Positions 31,896 through 41,740 of a stretch of DNA of 64,000 bases are shown here, piece after piece. The DNA is from an uncultured Gammaproteobacteria bacterium (GTDB lineage Bacteria; Pseudomonadota; Gammaproteobacteria; JACCXJ01), in NCBI GenBank assembly GCA_963764725.1, contig CAVXTM010000004.1, positions 12,095 to 76,094 on the forward strand, read 5' to 3'. Position 1 is the stretch's first letter; the number at the start of each line of letters is the position of its first letter. Below the pieces are notes generated by a model, which was not told where the DNA came from, did no database searches, and saw only the letters and a program-made list of their open reading frames with translations. Made by a program: the position numbers and the translations under genes.

Positions 31896-31934
31896 CGTGT
31901 TTGACAGCTAATAGATTTCGGTCGTATCTTCCCT
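31896..31934 (+). promoter_or_regulatory. Sigma70-like promoter TTGACA-18-TATCTT, copy 2
   Basis: Near-identical to 24529-24566. Confidence 0.7.
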
Positions 31935-31988
31935 CTTGGAGAAAAAAGGCTTTTGAAATTCTTATTCCCATTCCCGAGGACTAGGCCG

Positions 31989-33003
31989 ATGTTCGGAAAC
32001 GCCGTCCCGATCGCCGCCGCGCTGATGGCAGTCTTCATGGTCGCTGTGCCCGCACCGGTCCACGCCAATCCCCGTGCCGCAACGCTGCTGGCCCAGTTTC
32101 CGTTCAGCGACGGCGAACGGAAGCGGATCATGGCAGGCGAGCTGGTGACCACGGCGAGCAGGGAGAAGACCTCGGATCGCGAACTGGCGATCACGATGGC
32201 GTTTCTGATCAGCAAGTCACCCGCCGATCTGGTTGAAAGGTTCGGGAAGGCCTCCGACTACGGCACCGACAAGTCCGCGACCGCACATGGCGAGCTGCGC
32301 GGCGCCGGCAGCCTTGCCGACCTGCAGCGCCTGCGCCTCGAGCCCAACGGCGACGCGGAAGCGCGGCGCTTCGCCGACGCCAAGGCCGGCGACGAGCTCA
32401 ATCTGTCGAGTACGGAGATCACCGCCCTTCGCAGCGCTACCCGACAAGAGCAAGGCCGCGGTCGAGGCAGAGCTGCGTAAGCTGCTCCTGGCCCGGTACC
32501 AGGACTACCGCGCCAAGGGGCTGGCCGGGATCGCCCCTTATGACCGCGGCGGCGGCAAGACGACCAATCCTGCGCAGGATCTGACCCGGGCGACCAAGGC
32601 ATCGCCCATCCTGGCCAGGGAAGCGCCCGAGGTCGTCGCCGCGTTGCTCAACTTCCCGAAGTCGCAGCCGGCGAAGGCGACGGCGAGGTTCTTCTGGGTG
32701 AACTTCGAGGTCGATAAGCGGCCGACCATCGCCCTGACGCATCGGCTCGTCACCCCGCAGGACGACGGGACGTACGTGTTCGCCGATCGCCACTACTACG
32801 TCAGCCGCAGCCACAACGCCGTGCAGGCGGTCGCCGGGATCTTCCCGGTCCAGGAGGGGGCGCTCGTCATCTATGCGAACCGCACCTTCACCGATCAGCT
32901 TGGGGGCTTCGGCGCCAGCGCGAAGCAGGCGATCGGCCGCAGGATCATGAGCGGACAGATCGCGGCGCTCTACGAACAAATCCGCGCGCAGTCCAGGAAG
33001 TGA
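31989..33003 (+). CDS. Hypothetical secreted protein, frameshift near 32440
   Basis: Signal peptide ending PVHA; ORFs 31953-32480 and 32233-33003 join into one coherent protein. Confidence 0.65.
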
Positions 33004-33102
33004 AGGCATCGGAGACAGCGCGGGCCGGCAAGCCAAAGGCAGCCGGAGCGTAACGTGGTAAAGAAATTTCTTATGATCCAACCGTAAATCCCAGGGGACA
33101 GT

Positions 33103-34728
33103 ATGAGAAACATATACGATCTCGTAAGCCCACTCGATTTCCGTTATTACGGAGATGATCCACACGTTTTTCGGCGCGTACAGCCATATTTATCTGAGGC
33201 AGCGTTTATTAAATATCAAGCACGTGCTGAACGAGCGCTTATATCGACATTCTTTGATTTAGGGTGGTGCCCCCCAGCTCACGCAGACGAGATATTAAAA
33301 GCGTGCGACGGAGTGACGGCTGATGAGGTCTATGAGGAAGAGAAGAAAACGGGCCACGTTGTTCGTGCTTTAGTGAACTGCATTGCCAGGATGGTAAGTA
33401 GTGACGCAGCACGTTTGGTACACCTTTTTGCAACGTCTGCTGACATAACAGACACAGCAAATGCGTTACGGTTTCAAGAATTTGTGCGTGACATATTGTT
33501 GCCGGATCTTCTGGAATTTCAAATAACACTAATTAAGCTTGCCCGGCAGCACGCGAGAACACCTCAAATCGGACGAACACATGGTCGTCATGCTGAACCT
33601 ATTACGTTCGGATTTGCTATGGCTTTGTACGTGGACCGTCTGGGTGGGCGTATAAAATTATTAGAAGACACTCGACAGAAACTTCCTGGGCAACTTTCTG
33701 GTGCGGTGGGAGCTTATAACGCGCTTTCCCTCCAACTGCCACGCGGGGCCGTTATGTTCGAGAAACTCTTTCTTTCGCACCTTGGGCTTCAAGCGGCACC
33801 TGGAAGCATATCAAGTCAGGTTGTTCAGCCGGAGTATATAACGGATCTCGGCTATGCAGCGCACTCCTGTTTCTCTGTGCTTGCAAATTTGGCTGATGAT
33901 ATCCGCCATCTTCACAGAAGTGAGATAGGAGAGGTGCAGGAGCAATTTTCTGCGGACACGGTCGGTTCGTCCACCATGCCGCACAAACTAAATCCAAAGA
34001 ACTTTGAAAATGTGAAGGGCATGTGGAAGGCTTTTGCCCCTAGGATAACAACACTCTTGATGGATCAAATCTCTGAACACCAACGCGATCTTACAAATTC
34101 GGCGTCGCAACGGTTTCTCCCTGAACTTTTCGTGGCACTCGATTATTGCACGGTCCGCCTAAATAGAGCGATTAGTGCACTACGCATAAATGAAGAGGAG
34201 ATGCGGAAGAATATAGAAATGAGCAAAGAGCACATTGTCGCCGAGCCACTATATATCTTATTGGCCTTACAGGGCTATTCGAAGGCTTACGAACGAGTAC
34301 GAGCTCTTGCAAGGGAAGCTCGTGAAGGGGGCAAGCGTTTAATCGATTTAGCTCGTGAAGACACGGATATTGGGCCTCGCATTAAGGGTTTGAAACCGGA
34401 GCATCTGGGCATATTGGAGGATCCAACAAAATACATTGGGCAGGCATATGAACGAACTGTTGCTGTCTGTGATCAAAGAGAGCGGGAGATAAATGAATTG
34501 CGCGAATACTTGAAGGAAGAGAAAGAAGTCTTAAGTAGCAGTAAGACGGAACGGTTTTCCGCGATATACGCGCAACTTCGCGCTCTCGAAGAAGGGGAAG
34601 CGCCTCCAGAAGGTTTTTGTCCCGCAGAAGATCGCCAAGAATTGATAAAGGCTTGGATAGAAGACGCTAAACTCAATAAACAATCACAGAATAACATCGT
34701 AGAAATGAAAACCGGGGTAAACGGCTAG
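33103..34728 (+). CDS. purB: Adenylosuccinate lyase-like protein with a C-terminal extension
   Basis: SPLDFRY, HLFATSADI, GRTHGRHAEPITFG, GSSTMPHKLNP signature, EHQRDLTNSAS. Confidence 0.85.
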   Translation: MRNIYDLVSPLDFRYYGDDPHVFRRVQPYLSEAAFIKYQARAERALISTFFDLGWCPPAHADEILKACDGVTADEVYEEEKKTGHVVRALVNCIARMVSSDAARLVHLFATSADITDTANALRFQEFVRDILLPDLLEFQITLIKLARQHARTPQIGRTHGRHAEPITFGFAMALYVDRLGGRIKLLEDTRQKLPGQLSGAVGAYNALSLQLPRGAVMFEKLFLSHLGLQAAPGSISSQVVQPEYITDLGYAAHSCFSVLANLADDIRHLHRSEIGEVQEQFSADTVGSSTMPHKLNPKNFENVKGMWKAFAPRITTLLMDQISEHQRDLTNSASQRFLPELFVALDYCTVRLNRAISALRINEEEMRKNIEMSKEHIVAEPLYILLALQGYSKAYERVRALAREAREGGKRLIDLAREDTDIGPRIKGLKPEHLGILEDPTKYIGQAYERTVAVCDQREREINELREYLKEEKEVLSSSKTERFSAIYAQLRALEEGEAPPEGFCPAEDRQELIKAWIEDAKLNKQSQNNIVEMKTGVNG

Positions 34729-34924
34729 AGAATCTCGTTTCGTATATTCGAAGAGAAAACAAATGCGAGCGGGAACGGGGTCTGCTCTTGAAATATCCGT
34801 TTCTTATATTTCAAGACTCGGCCCATTTATTCGCAGTTGGAGCCCGCGGCAGCTACACGGAAGCTATGTATAACCGGAGCCCTGGGCCGGGCGAGATGTC
34901 CCGACTCGGCATGGCAACGCTGCG

Positions 34925-34962
34925 AAAAAAAGAGGCGGGGTAAGGAGGTGGTACCCCGCCTT
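34925..34962 (-). terminator. Rho-independent terminator
   Basis: Minus strand AGGCGGGGTA-ccacctcct-TACCCCGCCT-C-TTTTTTT. Confidence 0.85.
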
Positions 34963-35041
34963 AAGGGGTGGAGCCGAGCAGTAAAATCAAGAGAAGTTGC
35001 TAACTAAAACTGTTAACGTCGCGTTTCAAGGCTGTTGCAGT
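34925..35041 (-). ncRNA. Candidate sRNA of about 115-120 nt
   Basis: Bounded by a minus-strand TTGAAC-17-TATAGT promoter and an intrinsic terminator whose loop is CCACCUCCU; no ORF between them. Confidence 0.65.
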
Positions 35042-35076
35042 GCAACAACTATAGAGTGGATCCCGCAACCGTTCAA
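35033..35076 (-). promoter_or_regulatory. Sigma70 promoter with a palindromic operator TGTTGCA-C-TGCAACA over the start site
   Basis: -35 at 35076-35071, -10 at 35053-35048, palindrome at 35033-35047. Confidence 0.7.
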
Positions 35077-35174
35077 CAACATTTTGTTAACCATATTGTT
35101 TCCTCTCGTGAAACAATGACCTGCATGGATACTGGGACGCGTTTTTTCCTCGAATACTGGCGCGGATCGCCGCC

Positions 35175-35440
35175 ATGAAACCCCGACCTTGATGGTGCAG
35201 GGCACGACTTCGGACGCGGGAAAGAGCGCGCTGGTCACGGGCTTGTGCCGCCTGCTCGCGGCCTGCGACGCGCTGCTACGCTGGGCGGGCCTGCGCGAGC
35301 CGCAAACGCCCGATTACCACCAGATCCGCGACGCGAACATCGACCGGCTGGCTTATGCTTGCGAAACACACCTCGATCTTGGCGCCATCGAGCGCATCTT
35401 GGGAATCGATGCCGCGAGCAGCAGAGAGCACGCAGTCTAA
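35175..35440 (+). pseudogene. cobQ: Cobyric acid synthase, N- and C-termini fused by internal deletion
   Basis: LMVQGTTSDAGKSALVTGLCRLL joined to ACDALLRWAGL...IDRLA-ACETHLDL. Confidence 0.85.
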
Positions 35441-35510
35441 AACTTTGATCCTGAGCGGGATGCGCTCGGGCAAGAGCCGGCTGGCCCAGCAACGTGCTAG
35501 CGATCATGCT
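35437..35510 (+). pseudogene. cobU: cobU/cobP N-terminal fragment
   Basis: KTLILSGMRSGKSRLAQQRA matches the LILGGARSGKS pattern and follows cobQ. Confidence 0.65.
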
Positions 35511-35513
35511 GGT

Positions 35514-35552
35514 TTGACGGTGCCTGCGATCCGCTTTACTATTTAGTAAAGC
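35514..35552 (+). promoter_or_regulatory. TA promoter TTGACG-17-TACTAT with operator GCTTTACTA-tt-TAGTAAAGC
   Basis: Perfect 9 bp inverted repeat at 35533-35552 overlapping the -10 element. Confidence 0.75.
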
Positions 35553-35567
35553 AATGAGGTGATCCCA

Positions 35568-35795
35568 ATGACCGTGGCAACCCTGAGTTCAAAATCGCAA
35601 ATCGTATTACCGGCAGAGATGCGAAAGCGGCTTGGCATCCAGGCCGGGGATCGCCTGCTAATCGAGGCGGACGCAGACAGAATTGTCATCCGCAAGGCCC
35701 CTCATTCTTTTACGACTGCCCTAGAAAGCTGCAGTGACGAACTCTGGTGTGGTTACGCAGAAGTCCTCAAGAAGGAGCGGGCTGATTGGGACTGA
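35568..35795 (+). CDS. AbrB/MazE-type antitoxin
   Basis: LSSKSQIVLPAEMRKRLGIQAGDRL; overlaps the PIN gene. Confidence 0.9.
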   Translation: MTVATLSSKSQIVLPAEMRKRLGIQAGDRLLIEADADRIVIRKAPHSFTTALESCSDELWCGYAEVLKKERADWD

Positions 35796-36220
35796 AGATC
35801 CCGGCGGGCAGCCGCGTCGCGTTCGATACGCCTGTTCTGATCTATTTCCTGGAGCACCACCCGCGGTTTTACCAGGAGGTACAGCAGCTCTTCGAGCGCA
35901 TGGAGGGAGGCGATATTCACGGCGTGCTTTCCAGTCTGGCACTAACCGAACTTCTGGTGCCTGCCTTCCGTGTGAGTCAAGCCGACAAGGCCCAGGCTGT
36001 GCTCAGCCTGCTATCCGGATTTCCGAACTTGAACATCTTGGATGTCACGACCTCAATCGCTGTTACAGCGGCACGACTGCGCGGCGAATATAAACTCAAT
36101 ACCCCGGATGCGCTGCACGCCGCCACAGCTCTGCACGCCAAGGCGAATGCTCTGATCACCAATGACAGGGATTTGCTGCGCCTTGAGTCGGCTGGCTTGC
36201 GGGTAGCCTTGCTGGAGTAG
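35786..36220 (+). CDS. PIN-domain (VapC-like) toxin
   Basis: [29 protein letters not shown]. Confidence 0.9.
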   Translation: MGLKIPAGSRVAFDTPVLIYFLEHHPRFYQEVQQLFERMEGGDIHGVLSSLALTELLVPAFRVSQADKAQAVLSLLSGFPNLNILDVTTSIAVTAARLRGEYKLNTPDALHAATALHAKANALITNDRDLLRLESAGLRVALLE

Positions 36221-36240
36221 TGACCACTGTTGTATACAGC

Positions 36241-36480
36241 ATGGAAAGCAAGGCAAGAAAGCGATCTCAAGGAATTATCGCCTGGCCTGAAGACGAACGG
36301 CCACGCGAGCGATTGCTTCGGCGTGGTCCGCACGCGGTGACCGACGCAGAGTTGCTTGCCATCCTGTTGCGTGTAGGGTTACAGGGGACCGGCGAACTGA
36401 TCATTCCCTATGGCATGGCCGATCACGCCACCGGTTTCGCTACCGTTCCCCTCGATGAAGTGCTGGCTGTCATGCACTAG
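36241..36480 (+). pseudogene. Chimera of the radC N-terminus and a GH130 glycosidase C-terminus
   Basis: [32 protein letters not shown] followed by [24 protein letters not shown]. Confidence 0.8.
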
Positions 36481-36498
36481 GAAATACCATCGAACAGC

Positions 36499-37538
36499 AT
36501 GACAAAACCATACAAAAGAGTGGCTCTCCTGTCGCCGATAGCCTGGCGAACGCCTCCTCGGCAATACGGCGCCTGGGAAACGGTAGCTAGCAACATCACC
36601 GAAGGACTCGTCGCCCGTGGCTGGGATGTAACGTTGTTCGCCAGCGGGGATTCTGTAACTCGCGCTCATCTGCATGCCGTGGTGGACCAGGGATATGAAG
36701 AGGATCGCGCCGTCGATCCCAAAGTAGCCGAATACCTTCACATCTCCGAAGCGTTCGAGCACGCTGCTGAGTTTGACCTCATCCACAGCCACTACGACTT
36801 CATGGCCTTGACCTACACCCGGTTGGTCAAGACACCGGTCCTCACTACCATCCACGGATTCTCGTCAGCCAAAATCATGCCCGTCTATCAGAAGTATCGT
36901 GACGGATACTTTGTTTCCATCAGCGACTCCGATCGAGCGCCGGGCTGAATTACCTTGCCACGGTCTACAACGGCATCGACCTCTCGTTGTACCCGCTTCA
37001 GGAACCCAGCGGTGATGACCTGATTTTCCTCGGTCGGATCCACCCGGATAAGGGTGTTCATCTGGCCATCGAGGTTGCTCGTCTGAGCGGGTTGCGTTTG
37101 ATCATCGCTGGTATTATTCAGGATGAGGCCTATTTCCGGGAGCAGATCAAACCCCATCTCGATGATCAAAACATCCTTTATATCGGACCGGTGGGCGTGG
37201 CGGGAAAAAACGAATTGTTCGCCCGGGCCCGAGCTCTACTGCACCTGAACACCATCCCGGAGCGATTCGGACTTGTCCTGGTCGAAGCAAATGCCGCCGG
37301 CGTACCCGTCATCGCGATGGACCTCGGATCTTGCCGTGAGGTGATCAAGGACGGGCGGACCGGTTTTCTGGTTGACAACGTCCCTGAAGCAGTGCGGGCC
37401 CTTGGACGAATTTCTGAAATCGATCGTCGTGCCTGCCGCAGCCGTGTCCGGCAATGCTTTTCGATCGATACCATGGTGGAGGGATACGAACGGGTTTACT
37501 CGACGATTTTTGATCTGGAGGCGAAGAGACGACCATGA
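36499..37538 (+). CDS. Glycosyltransferase family 4, frameshift in a G-run near 36943
   Basis: PPRQYGAWE, TLFASGDS, GRIHPDKG, ERFGLVLVEA. Confidence 0.9.
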
Positions 37539-38470
37539 AGCCGGACATTGTCAGACGATACCGCCACAACCCCATCCTCACCAAGGCCAAGATCCCCTAC
37601 CCAGTGGAAACCGTTCACAACGCGGCGGTGGTGAAGCATGAGAACGAATACATCATGCTTTTCCGCTCCCATCTCCGCACGGGACGGTCCATCATTGGTC
37701 TGGCACGCAGTCCCGACGGATTTCACTTCACCGCCGATCCACAGCCCTTTCTGATTCCGGACCGGGACAACCCTTTTGCCGCCTATGAAGAGTTCGGCGT
37801 GGAGGACCCACGCGTGACCCGGCTGGAAGGGGAGTACATCATCACCTACAGCGCCTACTCGCGAAATGGAGTGCGGATCGCCCTGGCCAAGACGAAGGAC
37901 TTCAGTCAGGTGGAAAGAGTTTCTCTAATCACGCAGGCGGATTATCGAAATGTGGTGATCTTTCCCGAGAAGTTTGACGGACTTTATGCCCGGCTTGACC
38001 GTCCTCATTCGGAAATCGCCCCCTGGTCAATCTGGATTTCCTATTCTCCGGATCTATGCTATTGGGGCCAATCTCAGCTCATCATGAAGCCTGAACCATA
38101 TCACTGGGATGAAATGAAGATCGGTCCCGGCGCACCGCCGATCAAAACGGACCAGGGATGGCTTTCCATCTATCACGGAGTTTTCCGAACTATGGATGGA
38201 TCGGTCTATCGTTTGGGGGTTGCTCTTCATGACCTGCAGAACCCAGCAAAGATCATCGGTGTGGGCGACTCGTGGATTTTGCAACCGGAAGATCCTTGGG
38301 AAATAACTGGATATGTCCACAACGTGGTCTTCACCTGTGGTGCCGTTCCGGAGTCCGATGGAACCGTGAAAATCTATTGGGGGGGCGCAGACACGGTCAT
38401 GTGCGTTGGCGAAGCGAATGTCTCGGATCTGGTTGCACTATGCCTGCATCACGGCAGACCGGCAAAGTAA
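37535..38470 (+). CDS. GH130-family glycosidase/phosphorylase
   Basis: NPIL, HNAAV, GVEDPRVT, KIGPGAPP, GYVHNVVF, YWGGAD. Confidence 0.9.
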   Translation: MKPDIVRRYRHNPILTKAKIPYPVETVHNAAVVKHENEYIMLFRSHLRTGRSIIGLARSPDGFHFTADPQPFLIPDRDNPFAAYEEFGVEDPRVTRLEGEYIITYSAYSRNGVRIALAKTKDFSQVERVSLITQADYRNVVIFPEKFDGLYARLDRPHSEIAPWSIWISYSPDLCYWGQSQLIMKPEPYHWDEMKIGPGAPPIKTDQGWLSIYHGVFRTMDGSVYRLGVALHDLQNPAKIIGVGDSWILQPEDPWEITGYVHNVVFTCGAVPESDGTVKIYWGGADTVMCVGEANVSDLVALCLHHGRPAK

Positions 38471-38600
38471 GCATAGAGTTTCAAGAGTCCTAATACGCCG
38501 AGATCTGGATGGTCTGGAGGTACTTCAACGTGAGCGAGCACTTCGGGAAAATGCCTGGTCGAGCGAGGACTGAGGCATTGGTCAAAAGGGCTGGCGTCGG

Positions 38601-38714
38601 CCGTGGCAACCCTGAGTTCCAAATCGCAATCGTATTACCGGCAGAGATGCGGGCCTATTGGGATTGAACATCCCGGCGGGCAACCGCATTGCGTTCGATA
38701 CACTTGTTCTGATC
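38601..38714 (+). repeat. Decayed, internally deleted copy of the AbrB-PIN pair
   Basis: Matches 35572-35622 and then jumps to about 35779-35843. Confidence 0.9.
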
Positions 38715-38720
38715 AATCGC

Positions 38721-39314
38721 TTACTTGCGCTTCTGGTACGTTCCGACCAGCTCCGCCTGCGCGAGGACATGGCCTTTCATGGCTGCCTCGACGTTTGCCT
38801 TGGTGGGCTTACCGGGATCCGGGAGGGTGATGTCAAGCGCGTAGAGCTTGTGGAAGTATCGATGGCGTCCGATCGGCGGGCAGGGACCGCCGTATCCGGT
38901 GCGCTGCCAGTCGTTGAGACCTTGCCGAGTGCCGGCCGGAAGCTGCTTCACCGCTTCCGGAAGTCCAGGCGTACTCGCCGGGATGTTGTAGAGCACCCAG
39001 TGCACCCAGGTGACCTTGGGTGCGGCCGGATCGGGTGCGTCCGGATCGTCCACAATCAGCGCGAGGCCCTTGGCGCCCGCGGGCACACCGGACCACGCGA
39101 GCGGCGGAGAGAGGTCCTTGCCTTCGCAGGTGTACTGAGTGGGGATCTCGCCGTTGTGGGCGAAGGCGCTGGACGTGAGAGTCATCGACATGGCTTTGTT
39201 CTCCTTCTCCTGAGCGAGGCTCGCGGCCGGCAGCGCCAGAAGACAGAGCGTCGCTCCGACGGCCTCGATCCGAACGGCGCATGCGGCAAGCAGGGCCCAG
39301 CCATTGGGATTCAT
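38721..39314 (-). CDS. YbhB/YbcL (PEBP) family protein
   Basis: DDPDAP, WVHWVLYNIP, YGGPCPPIGRHRY. Confidence 0.92.
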   Translation of the reverse strand: MNPNGWALLAACAVRIEAVGATLCLLALPAASLAQEKENKAMSMTLTSSAFAHNGEIPTQYTCEGKDLSPPLAWSGVPAGAKGLALIVDDPDAPDPAAPKVTWVHWVLYNIPASTPGLPEAVKQLPAGTRQGLNDWQRTGYGGPCPPIGRHRYFHKLYALDITLPDPGKPTKANVEAAMKGHVLAQAELVGTYQKRK

Positions 39315-39382
39315 TCTAGGGCAATCATGCAGCCTTTCGCAGCGCCTTCACCGGGCCAAGATCCCTCACTGTGCCGGGTTCG

Positions 39383-39760
39383 TCAGCTCACCTTGATTTG
39401 GATCCGGCGCGGTTGGGCGTGCTCGGCCTTGGGGATGCGCAGCTTGAGCACCCCGTCCTTGAACGCCGCGTCGCTCTTCGTGGTATCCAACTCCCGGCTC
39501 AGGGTAAAGGCCCGCCGGTAGCGCGGCGTCTGAACTTCGACGTAGGCTGGGGTCGTACCCTCCGGTGTCTCCAGGACAACCTCGCCTTCGATGAGCAGGC
39601 CGTCACCGTCCGCGCGTACCGTGAGCCTGTCCTTGGGCACGCCGGGGAGATCCGCAAACAGCGTGATCCCGGTCTCGTCTTCGAGCACATCCACCGCCGG
39701 CACCATCGCCGGGCTGTGCCGTTCCTCTGGCTGCTTTGCAACTTCTCGCTTCTCACTCAT
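39383..39760 (-). CDS. Hsp20 small heat-shock protein
   Basis: PAVDVLE, ADLPGV, AAFKDGVLKLRIPK. Confidence 0.92.
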   Translation of the reverse strand: MSEKREVAKQPEERHSPAMVPAVDVLEDETGITLFADLPGVPKDRLTVRADGDGLLIEGEVVLETPEGTTPAYVEVQTPRYRRAFTLSRELDTTKSDAAFKDGVLKLRIPKAEHAQPRRIQIKVS

Positions 39761-39795
39761 GACTCATTCCTCCAAAGAAAATTCGATGACTAGAT

Positions 39796-40248
39796 TCACT
39801 TGACCTCGATACGCCTCGGCTGAGCCGATTCCTGCCGCTGAATGACGATGCGGACGACGCCATCGCGGTAACTCGCCTCGACCCGCGCCGGATCGGCGTC
39901 CTCCGGCAGGCTCACCACCCGTTTGAAGGAGCCGGTGGCACGCTCGTGCGCGTAGAGGCTGAGCTTTTCGCTCTCCTCCGGGACGTCCGAGGCTCGCTCA
40001 CCCGCGATGGTCAGTAGCCCGCGGTCGATGCTGACCGAAAGCTTCGCGGGATCGATGCCGGGCGCGAACGCATAGACTTGGATGGACGTCGGCGTGCTCC
40101 CGATATTGATCGCCGGAAACGCACCGCGGCCGAGCGCACGTATGCTCGATGGCAGACCCACGCCCCCGAAACCGTGCTGCATCTCACGTTGCAGCCGCTC
40201 TAGCTCGGCGAACAGATCGGTCGGAAACCGCAATAATGACTCGTACAT
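39796..40248 (-). CDS. Hsp20 small heat-shock protein
   Basis: FPAINI, ERATGSFKRVVSLP, ASYRDGV. Confidence 0.92.
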   Translation of the reverse strand: MYESLLRFPTDLFAELERLQREMQHGFGGVGLPSSIRALGRGAFPAINIGSTPTSIQVYAFAPGIDPAKLSVSIDRGLLTIAGERASDVPEESEKLSLYAHERATGSFKRVVSLPEDADPARVEASYRDGVVRIVIQRQESAQPRRIEVK

Positions 40249-40480
40249 GGTTGTACCTCCATAGTGAAGAAATTTATCGCCGCGGCCGCTTCGGCGCGGC
40301 GCGGTCATGGCTAGGATACAATATGGGGCCGGCAAACCATTGATCAAGATCAAGGCCCCTTTGCAATGGCTACCGAAGGACGAGTGGCATTCCGGTATAG
40401 AATATCGAGGTGCGACCAAAAGGAGTTGTTCTGGGCGCTAAGATGAGGGTCGGCTCGGCCGGCGATGGACAAGAAAGCAC

Positions 40481-41419
40481 GTGGAGTTTAAAGACTATTA
40501 CCAGACCTTGGGCGTCGCGCGCTCGGCCGCCGAGGGCGAGATCAAGCGTGCTTACCGCAAGCTCGCGCGCAAGTATCATCCCGACGTCAGCAAGGAACGG
40601 GATGCATCGGAGCGCATGAAGGAGATCAACGAGGCCTACGAGGTGTTACAGGACCCCGAGAAACGCGCCGCCTACGATCGGCTGGGGACGGGCTGGCAGC
40701 CCGGTCAGGACTTTCGCCCGCCGCCCGACTGGGACGCGGGCTTCGAGTTTCGTGGGAGCCCGGCCGGCGAGGCCTTCGGTGGAGACTTCAGCGATTTCTT
40801 CGCCACGCTCTTCGGGGGCGCGGTTGGGGCGAGGCACGGGGCGGGTTTACACCGCCGCGGCGAAGATCATCATGCCAAGGTCCTCATCGACCTCGAGGAC
40901 GCCTTCCGCGGAGCCACGCGGACCGTGACACTGCGGGTGCCCGAGCTCGACGCTAAAGGGCGGCTTGCGGTACGCGAGCGCACGCTGAACGTGCAGATCC
41001 CCAAGGGGATCCGCGAAGGGCAGCTCATCCGCTTGGCCGGCCAAGGATCCGCCGGGGCGAAGGACGGGAAGGCCGGTGATCTCTACATTGAAGTCGGGTT
41101 CAAGCCCCACGCCTTCTACCGGGTTGACGGTCGCGATCTGTACGTGAGTCTGCCGGTGGCGCCCTGGGAGGCGGCGCTCGGCGCCACGGTCAAGGCACCC
41201 ACACCGGGGGGCACGGTGGAGGTCAAGGTCCCTCCCCACTCCCAGAGCGGGCGCAAGCTGCGCTTGCGGGGCCGCGGCATCCCCGGGGATCCGCCCGGCG
41301 ACCTCTATCTCGTATTGGAGGTGGTCTTGCCCATTCCCGAGACGGAGCGTGCGAAAGAACTTTATCGGGCCATGGCGCGGGAGCTGGCCTTCAACCCTCG
41401 CCGCGGCTTGGGCGTGTGA
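40481..41419 (+). CDS. cbpA: Curved DNA-binding protein, DnaJ class
   Basis: KDYYQTLGV, HPD motif, no Zn finger, PVAPWEAALG. Confidence 0.92.
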   Translation: MEFKDYYQTLGVARSAAEGEIKRAYRKLARKYHPDVSKERDASERMKEINEAYEVLQDPEKRAAYDRLGTGWQPGQDFRPPPDWDAGFEFRGSPAGEAFGGDFSDFFATLFGGAVGARHGAGLHRRGEDHHAKVLIDLEDAFRGATRTVTLRVPELDAKGRLAVRERTLNVQIPKGIREGQLIRLAGQGSAGAKDGKAGDLYIEVGFKPHAFYRVDGRDLYVSLPVAPWEAALGATVKAPTPGGTVEVKVPPHSQSGRKLRLRGRGIPGDPPGDLYLVLEVVLPIPETERAKELYRAMARELAFNPRRGLGV

Positions 41420-41425
41420 AACGAG

Positions 41426-41740
41426 ATGGACGCGGACATCGTCACAGGTATTCTCGTCAGCGAGCAAGGTGCCTTGTCGCTAGAGGAGATGGTCGAGGCC
41501 TGCGGGGCCGAGGTAGAGTGGATCGTGGAGCTGGTCGAGGTCGGCGTCTTGTCGCCCGAGGGCCCGGATGAGACGGCGTGGCGCTTCGGCGCTCTGGATC
41601 TCTTGCGTGCCCGCCGGCTCGCGCGGCTAGAGCGCGACTTCGCGGCGAGCGCCGAGGCCGCCGCCGTGATCCTCGACCTCCTCGACGAGATCGAACGTTT
41701 ACGCGCCTGCCTCATACGCGCAGGCGTGGAGGCGGTGTGA
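41426..41740 (+). CDS. cbpM: Chaperone modulator CbpM
   Basis: ELVEVGVL, RLERDF, LDLLDEIERLR; follows cbpA. Confidence 0.88.
   Translation: MDADIVTGILVSEQGALSLEEMVEACGAEVEWIVELVEVGVLSPEGPDETAWRFGALDLLRARRLARLERDFAASAEAAAVILDLLDEIERLRACLIRAGVEAV

Noticed and set aside
33103-34728. PurB as part of a 2-aminoadenine (PurZ) pathway
   Set aside because: No purZ/purA, mazZ, datZ or phage genes in the window.
34960-35175. Cobalamin riboswitch upstream of cobQ
   Set aside because: No recognisable B12-box or GGGAA core; the structured element here is better explained as a minus-strand sRNA.
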